A stretch of DNA of 64,000 nt from Candidatus Krumholzibacteriia bacterium (lineage in GTDB: Bacteria > Krumholzibacteriota > Krumholzibacteriia > WVZY01): positions 2,707 through 66,706 of the forward strand of contig JBHHVD010000003.1 in the NCBI GenBank assembly GCA_046754105.1, read 5' to 3'. The notes below the pieces were generated by a model. The model was not told where the DNA came from, did not search any database, and saw nothing but the letters and a program-made list of their open reading frames with translations. A program made the translations under genes and the position numbers. Positions 58,276 to 64,000 of the stretch are shown one piece after another (the first letter of the stretch is position 1; the number at the start of each line of letters is the position of its first letter).

Positions 58276-60037
58276 CCGGTCGTCCCACGCTCTGCGCCAA
58301 CCGGGTATTCGCGCGATCGTGCTTGCTGTCGTTTTGCTCCTGCCCGTGTCGTTTGCCGGCGAACGATCGGAAGCGCTTGCCCAGCACGTCAACAAGGCCG
58401 GCGACGGCACGGCAAGGCGTTTTTATCCGGATGATCCTCTTTGGGTGGATACGGACACGTGCGACATTCCGCCACCGGCCACGTTCGAGCTGCACAAGAG
58501 TTACGATTACTTCCAGAACACGTTTCGCACTCCGGGTTCTCCCCACGGCCCGTCACTCAACGTCAACACGCTCGACGAGGTGCCGAATTCCAGTTGGTTT
58601 ACGAACCGTCTCGGGCAGCATGACATGACCATCGAGGAATTGCTGCGCGGCCCCGACGTCGTAGACGGGCCGGCGCCCGGCACGTGGACGGTGACCGGCA
58701 GGCCGTGGTCGGGCATCACCCCGAAGTTCACGATTCGAGACAGCCGGGGGGATACCTACCTCATCAAGCTCGATCCGTTGGATCTGTGGGAGCTGCCGTC
58801 TTCGGTCGAAATGATCTCCACCAAGATCTTCCACGCCCTCGGCTACAACGTGCCTTCCGACTACCTCGTCAACGTCGACCGCTCGCTGCTCGAGATCGAA
58901 CCGGGGGCTACCTACCGGGCCTCGGGCGGCAAGAAGCCCATCAAGCCGGCCGATCTGGATCACTGGTTACGGCGGCAAGTCAGAAACCCGGATGGCACCA
59001 TCCGGGCGTTGGCCAGCAAGTACATTCCGGGCCGCCCGGTTGGCGAGTTCAAGTATTACGGGGTTCGCTCGGACGATCCGAACGACATCTTTCCGCACGA
59101 CCGGCGCAGGGAGCTGCGCGGACTGCGTGTATTCGCCGCGTGGCTCAACCATGACGACTCGCGCGCGCTGAACACCTTCGACACCTACGTGGAGGAAAAC
59201 GGCAGCCGGTTCATTCGGCACTACCTGCTCGACTTCGGCTCGAACATGGGAAGCGGGAGCACCTCGGCCCAGCAGCCCCGGGCCGGCAACGAATACTATT
59301 TCGAGAAGACGAAGATCGTTAAGGGGATCTTCTCGCTCGGACTGTGGTCCCGCGACTGGATGCACGTGAAGTATCCCGGTTACCCCGCCGTGGGCAACTT
59401 CGAAGGCGATTTCTTCGAGCCCGCGAAGTGGAAGCCGCAGTACCCGCACCCAGCGTTCAGTCGTATGGATGCCGCCGACGCGTTCTGGGCGGCCCGCATC
59501 CTCTCCCGCCTCACAGACGACATGATCCGCGCCGTGGTGAAGGTCGGGCACATAAGCGACCCGGAGGCGGAAAGCTACCTGACCGAGGTCATCCTGAAGC
59601 GGAAGCACAAGTGCGTAAACTACTGGATCACCCGCACCAGCCCTCTTGATAACTTCGCGGTCGGCCGGGCGGCAGGCGGCGGCACCAAGCTGACCTTCGA
59701 CAACGCGGCGGTCCGTGTGGGGGCTGCCCGTCCCGGTGCGCGATACAGCGTGCAATGGTCCGCGCTCGACAACCTCGCCAATAAGGAGCAGCCGGTGGGA
59801 GCCGTGGTCACGCTCGACGGGCCGGCGGCGTTCGTCCCGGATGCGGCGTGGGGCCCCGTGGACGATGCCGGCGACCGGTACGCCGTGGCCGCTGTCGATG
59901 CAATCCATCCCGACTTCACGCACTGGCAGAGACCGGTGCACGTGACTCTCCGGGAGCGCTCCGGCCAACTAGCGGTAGTGGGTATCGTGAGGCCACGCGA
60001 GGACCCGGGGGAAAGCGCGCCGGCGGGAGTTCAGTAG
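58265..60037 (+). CDS. Secreted hypothetical protein with atypical protein-kinase-like core motifs
   Basis: Signal peptide IRAIVLAVVLLLPVSFAG. YLIKLDP is a beta3-Lys candidate. WLNHDDSRALN resembles the HxDxxxxN catalytic loop (also HipA/PI3-4K-like DDHxxN). LLDFGSNMG is a DFG-like motif about 20 aa further on. Its GTG start overlaps the OMP gene end. Confidence 0.5.
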   Translation: MLSDRSSHALRQPGIRAIVLAVVLLLPVSFAGERSEALAQHVNKAGDGTARRFYPDDPLWVDTDTCDIPPPATFELHKSYDYFQNTFRTPGSPHGPSLNVNTLDEVPNSSWFTNRLGQHDMTIEELLRGPDVVDGPAPGTWTVTGRPWSGITPKFTIRDSRGDTYLIKLDPLDLWELPSSVEMISTKIFHALGYNVPSDYLVNVDRSLLEIEPGATYRASGGKKPIKPADLDHWLRRQVRNPDGTIRALASKYIPGRPVGEFKYYGVRSDDPNDIFPHDRRRELRGLRVFAAWLNHDDSRALNTFDTYVEENGSRFIRHYLLDFGSNMGSGSTSAQQPRAGNEYYFEKTKIVKGIFSLGLWSRDWMHVKYPGYPAVGNFEGDFFEPAKWKPQYPHPAFSRMDAADAFWAARILSRLTDDMIRAVVKVGHISDPEAESYLTEVILKRKHKCVNYWITRTSPLDNFAVGRAAGGGTKLTFDNAAVRVGAARPGARYSVQWSALDNLANKEQPVGAVVTLDGPAAFVPDAAWGPVDDAGDRYAVAAVDAIHPDFTHWQRPVHVTLRERSGQLAVVGIVRPREDPGESAPAGVQ

Positions 60038-61254
60038 GTCTTGGAACCCGTGCGCGGCATCGAGTCCGGGGCCGAAGCGATCTTGAGTTCGCGGCGGATC
60101 GCCGTGGCGAACGCGCGGGCGACCATGCGGTTGCCCTCGGGGTTCAAGTGCACCCAGCTTACGAGGCAGTCTCTTCGCTGGTCCATCGCTCCGATCACGT
60201 CCGCGTACGGTACGCCCCGGGCCGCGGCCCATGCTTCGAGATCGCGCATCAGGACGTTGTGCGTCAGAAAGTAGAGCTCGCGGTTGGTGATGTGCTTGTT
60301 CCGGTCAAGATCCTGGCGAACGAGAATGCTCTCTTCCCCGTAGGTCACCCCTCTTATGTGTTTTCTGTCCACCAGGAACGACTTGGCCTGCTGGCTGGCG
60401 ACGATGAACGTGATGTGCCGCCTCCGGCATTCGAGGTCGATCGTGCCGATGTTCTTCAAGAAATTCTCGCTCCTGCCCCGCATATGCTCCTCGAGGTCGG
60501 TCTCGGTGAACCGGAGCGTGCTGGGCCTTCTCATGAAACGGTCGGCGACGATGACGGTAATGAGATGGTCTCGCAGCCACCGGAAGACTCGGCGCAGCGG
60601 GGAAACCCGGCTGAGCTTCTCTCGCACGACGCTCTTGCCTGCCCGTTCTTTCCTCCACAACACGGGGCCGCTCCAGCTGTCGTTGACCCCCTCGTAGAAC
60701 GTGACGACGTCGGGGTGCAGCGGTAGTGCCTCTGCTTTGAAGAGCGACAGTATCTGTCCCGACTTCAGGTGTGGTATGCCGAAATTGATGACCTCGAACC
60801 GGTCATCCCCCGGGCGTTGGCGATTCAACAATTGTTCGAGGTAGTACGGGTACGTCTCGTCGTCGCGGTCGGAAAAACCGAACGTCGAGGACGCCCCGAG
60901 CGTGACGATGCGGATGACGTGTGGCGCCTTCCGCTTGTCGAAGTCCCGGCCCCGGAACCCGCTGCCGTTGATCGTGGCCCGGATGAGCCTGCCGGATTCG
61001 TGGTCGCGGGTGAACCTTTCCTCGTAGGGATGGTATTTGAAGTAGTTGTCATGGAGGTGCATGTCGCCGCTGTGGGCATCGCCGCTCTTCTGGCGGTTCA
61101 GCCGCGTGCCGTAGAAGAGCATGCTCGAGCCCAGCTGAAAGGCGAAGTAGGTCCTCAACCCCAGCTCGAGCGTGCCGAGGGGGACGGCCACGATGATCGC
61201 CCAGAACAGCAGCTTCTTGTGCCACGGGGGGGCGGTTATTCGCGTGCGGTTCAT
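60031..61254 (-). CDS. SGNH/GDSL-type hydrolase family protein
   Basis: 407 aa. N-terminal TM anchor, block I IVTLGASSTFG (GDS-like Ser) and downstream block GVND(SW). Confidence 0.55.
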   Translation of the reverse strand: MNRTRITAPPWHKKLLFWAIIVAVPLGTLELGLRTYFAFQLGSSMLFYGTRLNRQKSGDAHSGDMHLHDNYFKYHPYEERFTRDHESGRLIRATINGSGFRGRDFDKRKAPHVIRIVTLGASSTFGFSDRDDETYPYYLEQLLNRQRPGDDRFEVINFGIPHLKSGQILSLFKAEALPLHPDVVTFYEGVNDSWSGPVLWRKERAGKSVVREKLSRVSPLRRVFRWLRDHLITVIVADRFMRRPSTLRFTETDLEEHMRGRSENFLKNIGTIDLECRRRHITFIVASQQAKSFLVDRKHIRGVTYGEESILVRQDLDRNKHITNRELYFLTHNVLMRDLEAWAAARGVPYADVIGAMDQRRDCLVSWVHLNPEGNRMVARAFATAIRRELKIASAPDSMPRTGSKTY

Positions 61255-61801
61255 GTCGACGACCTCCCCGGAGCTCTCGGGGATGGGGCCGGACGAGGGT
61301 TGGCCGGTGGGGAGCTACGCCGGTCAGGATACCGCAGAAGCGGCGGAATTACAACCGTGCCCGCCGCCGGGATGGACTGGGTGGGTTTTTCGTCCTGAAG
61401 TTCGGTGGTTTCGCCCTTGGGCTCGGGCTGCTCGTATGGGCGGTGCCCGGTTTTGTGGCGCAGGGAGAGGGATCCGACGGGATTACGGCGGTCGCACACG
61501 GGCTCGACGCCGTTGGTACGCGCGTGCTGACGGCCGCGGGGATCCTGCTCGTCAGTCACGGTGTGTCGTTTATTCTCAATTTCCTCGGTCGGGGTGAGTA
61601 CAAACGGAGCGCGAGACATCGAGTATCCGTTTCCGGTGCGCTACGTCAGAATCAAGGTAACTGACGCTGATGAGAGCTACTGGCCGAGTTTCTCCGAGGT
61701 CAGACTCTACGGCCCTTCGAGTCAGCCCTGACCCATTTGCCAGCGGAGACATGGTGGAGGGGGTCTGTCCGGCGACTGCTTGGCGAGTGTAGCGAACGGA
61801 T

Positions 61802-61850
61802 TGGTGGAGGCGGCGGGAATCGAACCCTTATTGCCCGTAAATACTAACCC
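61802..61850 (-). other. tmRNA (ssrA)/tRNA-like 3'-terminal fragment (T-arm + acceptor + CCA); candidate integration-site remnant
   Basis: The reverse complement ends ...AAGGGTTCGATTCCCGCCGCCTCCACCA. E. coli ssrA ends ...GCGGGTTCAACTCCCGCCAGCTCCACCA. No matching 5' acceptor strand or tRNA body lies upstream, so this is a fragment, not a gene. Confidence 0.45.
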
Positions 61851-61939
61851 GATGATGGCCAACGACTTCGGTCCTTACCCATCCAGACGTTCTGCATTTT
61901 TTTATTGACACTTCACATTATCATGATAATTTGAATCAC

Positions 61940-63091
61940 ATGTACATTAACCGGGCTCAGAAACTGCCTCCTGCCGGAACGGAGACATTCTTCCTGTGGG
62001 GTCCCCGCCAAACAGGCAAGAGCACACTGCTTCGCCACACCTACGGGGAGGCTGTCTGGATCGACCTCCTGAAGGCGGAGGAATACCGGCGCTATATGCA
62101 GCAACCCTGGCTGCTACGACAGGAACTCCGTGATGAAGATCGGGAGCGCCAAATCGTTATCGATGAAGTTCAAAAGGTTCCCGCACTGCTTGACGAAGTC
62201 CATGGGCTATTCGAAAACCGAGGTTTCCAGTTCGCACTCTGTGGATCAAGCGCACGCAAAGTCAAGCGTGGCGCCGCAAACCTCCTCGGTGGTCGCGCCG
62301 TCCGCTATGAGCTGCACGGCCTTGTCGCATCGGAGCTTGGGCGCGAGTTCGAATTGGATCGAATGTTAAACCACGGATACTTGCCACGGATCTATGCGTC
62401 TTCTCGGCCCCGCCAACTGCTCGATTCATACGTTGCAGATTATCTCAAGGAAGAAGTGGCGGCGGAAGGCCTGGTTCGAAACCTTCCAGTCTTTTCAGAG
62501 TTCCTGAACATCGCAGCGTTGAGCGACACCGAACTCGTCAACTTTTCGACTATTGCTCGCGAATGCGGTGTTTCTTCTCACACGGTCAAAGCCTATTTCG
62601 GCATTCTGGAAGACACGCTCCTCGGGCGCTGGCTTTCGGCCTATCGCAAGCGTCCCAAGCGAAGAGTGATCGGTGCTCCCAAGTTCTACTTTGCCGATGT
62701 GGGCATGGTTAACCGTTTGGCGCGGCGCGGTACGATACAACCTGGCTCCGAGCTCTATGGCAAGGCATTCGAAAGCTGGGTATTCCACGAGCTCGTCGCC
62801 TACAATGCCTATGCTGATGCCGACGCGATCATCTCCTATTGGCGACTGCCGAGCGGGATTGAAGTCGATTTCATCATCAATGATATGCAACTTGCCATCG
62901 AAGCAAAGGCATCCGCCCGAATCACCAATGATCATTTGAAAGGGCTTCGAAATGTCTCTCAGGATCATGGAGAGGTGAAACGGCGCGTCGTCGTTTGCCT
63001 CGAACGGAAAGCGCGGAGAACGGACGACGGGATCGAGATTCTCCCCGTATCGAGGTTTGTCAAATCTTTGTCACAAGGTGAATTGTTCTGA
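61940..63091 (+). CDS. AAA+ ATPase with DUF4143 domain
   Basis: Walker A GPRQTGKST and Walker B QIVIDEVQ, plus a C-terminal DUF4143-like region. Local GC is clearly lower than the surroundings. The ORF track starts at a TTG at 61931; the first ATG is at 61940. Confidence 0.85.
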   Translation: MYINRAQKLPPAGTETFFLWGPRQTGKSTLLRHTYGEAVWIDLLKAEEYRRYMQQPWLLRQELRDEDRERQIVIDEVQKVPALLDEVHGLFENRGFQFALCGSSARKVKRGAANLLGGRAVRYELHGLVASELGREFELDRMLNHGYLPRIYASSRPRQLLDSYVADYLKEEVAAEGLVRNLPVFSEFLNIAALSDTELVNFSTIARECGVSSHTVKAYFGILEDTLLGRWLSAYRKRPKRRVIGAPKFYFADVGMVNRLARRGTIQPGSELYGKAFESWVFHELVAYNAYADADAIISYWRLPSGIEVDFIINDMQLAIEAKASARITNDHLKGLRNVSQDHGEVKRRVVVCLERKARRTDDGIEILPVSRFVKSLSQGELF

Positions 63092-63653
63092 TCGGTGGTG
63101 GTCCGGACGGCCCAACTCCTTAGTCCGAGTTAGGAGCGCAACCTCGATCTGCCGGTCTTTCTGGGTCGTTCCTTACGCTCAACGTGGCGAAGGAAATCGA
63201 ACCCTTTTGAAGTGGGTGATGAAGGAGAGTACGATTTCGTCGCGATCTATGACCACCACCCTCTGGAGGGTGGTTGGACCGGTGAAGGGTGGGACGAACG
63301 TCATTTTGTATATACTGACTTCGATGATGTTTGGACCACGGCCAAACGAGCAAGTAACACGTACTACATTGCCTACGTCACCACGCACCACGCTCTTGGA
63401 AGGTTCGGGCGTTTGCTGATTTTGAAGGGTCCGATTCCTTAGGCGAGTGGTTCGCGCGATTTCGTTTTGCGCGACGACGCGTTCTACCAGCAGCGGTCGC
63501 CGGCTCGTGTCGCCTCCTTAAGAGAGACTTTGTCGGATCGCTTAGACAACGAGTGTTACCACTCGCACCCGATCCCTCACTACGGGGCTGACAAGCATCT
63601 ACCCCGGTCGGCACCTTGCAGCCGACAAGTACAACACGCCCTTCGCTGGGCGC

Positions 63654-64000
63654 TCACTTCAGGATGACCATTTTGCGAGTGCCCGTGCCTCCGACTCCCA
63701 TGAGCCGGTAGAAATAAACGCCGCTCGACACCGAACGACCCGCAGTATCCCGACCGTCCCATTCAGCGCGGTGGGTCCCCGCATCACGCTCCCCCTGGTC
63801 TAGCCGCGTGACCAGCGCTCCCGATGCGTCGAAGATCTCGATCGAGACCATCGCTTTGGCGCTCACCGTGTACTCGATCGTCGTCTGCGGGTTGAACGGA
63901 TTCGGGAAGTTCTGGGATAGCGCCGCCGCCAGTCGGGAAACCGTCACGGTTGCCACGGGAGACCGGAACTCGTCTCCACTCGCAGTGCGAATCACAAGCT
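63654..64000 (-). CDS. C-terminal part of a secreted protein ending in a T9SS type-A sorting domain (partial, continues beyond window)
   Basis: FPNPFNPQTTIEYTV...IEIFDASGALVTRL...WDGRDTAGRSVSSGVYFYRL matches Por_Secre_tail. The listed M start is internal; the frame stays open to the window end. Confidence 0.6.
   Translation of the reverse strand, partial: LVIRTASGDEFRSPVATVTVSRLAAALSQNFPNPFNPQTTIEYTVSAKAMVSIEIFDASGALVTRLDQGERDAGTHRAEWDGRDTAGRSVSSGVYFYRLMGVGGTGTRKMVILK

Noticed and set aside
58967-59968. 333-aa minus-strand ORF
   Set aside because: It is antisense to the kinase-like secreted protein gene.
61802-61890. A complete tRNA (tRNA-Ala-like) on the minus strand
   Set aside because: Only the T-arm, acceptor 3' strand and CCA are present. 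No complementary 5' acceptor strand, D-arm or anticodon arm can be found in the upstream ~90 nt, so it is a 3' fragment.
63057-63442. Small ORFs (76-120 aa) downstream of the DUF4143 ATPase
   Set aside because: No RBS, signal or recognisable motifs. They lie in the low-GC patch and could be island debris, but there is not enough evidence to call genes.

Overview
This 64 kb window is a high-GC (~65%) bacterial chromosomal segment. Two proteins end in T9SS type-A sorting domains (Por_Secre_tail / FlgD-Ig-like), which suggests an uncultured FCB-group or Gemmatimonadota-like lineage; this is a guess from sequence alone. Genes at 1-28.4 kb are all on the minus strand, and most genes from 28.6 kb to 53.5 kb are on the plus strand.

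Housekeeping and known-family content, in order:
- A MurQ etherase followed by a sugar ABC importer (substrate-binding protein plus two permeases).
- A partner-switching module: two STAS antagonists, an RsbW-like kinase and a membrane PP2C phosphatase.
- ruvX, mltG, a LarE-like PP-loop protein and tRNA-Val.
- rluD, lspA, a DksA/TraR protein and ileS.
- A purine nucleoside phosphorylase, a DUF167 protein, divIVA and yggS.
- nrdAB with a sigma70-like promoter and putative NrdR boxes.
- An envelope-polysaccharide cluster: HAD-IIA hydrolase, AsmA, a Wzx-like flippase and a sulfotransferase.
- A radical SAM/SPASM protein next to a TMTC-like TPR membrane protein, then arginase.
- A TlpA-DUF4266-DUF3570-ApbE operon.
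- An Omp85-family outer-membrane protein overlapping a secreted kinase-like protein.
- An SGNH hydrolase.

The most unusual content is a family of small (~185-200 aa) secreted, cysteine-rich paralogs. Five sit in a tandem array at 8.3-12.4 kb and a sixth is at 33.4 kb. They split into two subfamilies with unrelated bodies, yet all have a Sec signal peptide, a mature N-terminus starting with Gln, and a near-identical C-terminal tail Cys-x(1-3)-Pro-[VA]-E-[EDQ]-[TS]-T-W-G-x-[VI]-K-[SA]-L-Y. The array is flanked by a gingipain-like C25 peptidase carrying a T9SS C-terminal domain and by a secreted protein with dockerin-like calcium-binding repeats. I do not recognise the shared tail as any known sorting signal; it could be a previously undescribed recognition tag or shared structural motif, but this is inference.

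Other points of interest are a tmRNA-like 3' fragment abutting a low-GC DUF4143 AAA+ ATPase (a possible integration remnant), a 4 x 19 bp tandem repeat in a divergent intergenic region, and several intrinsic-terminator hairpins.
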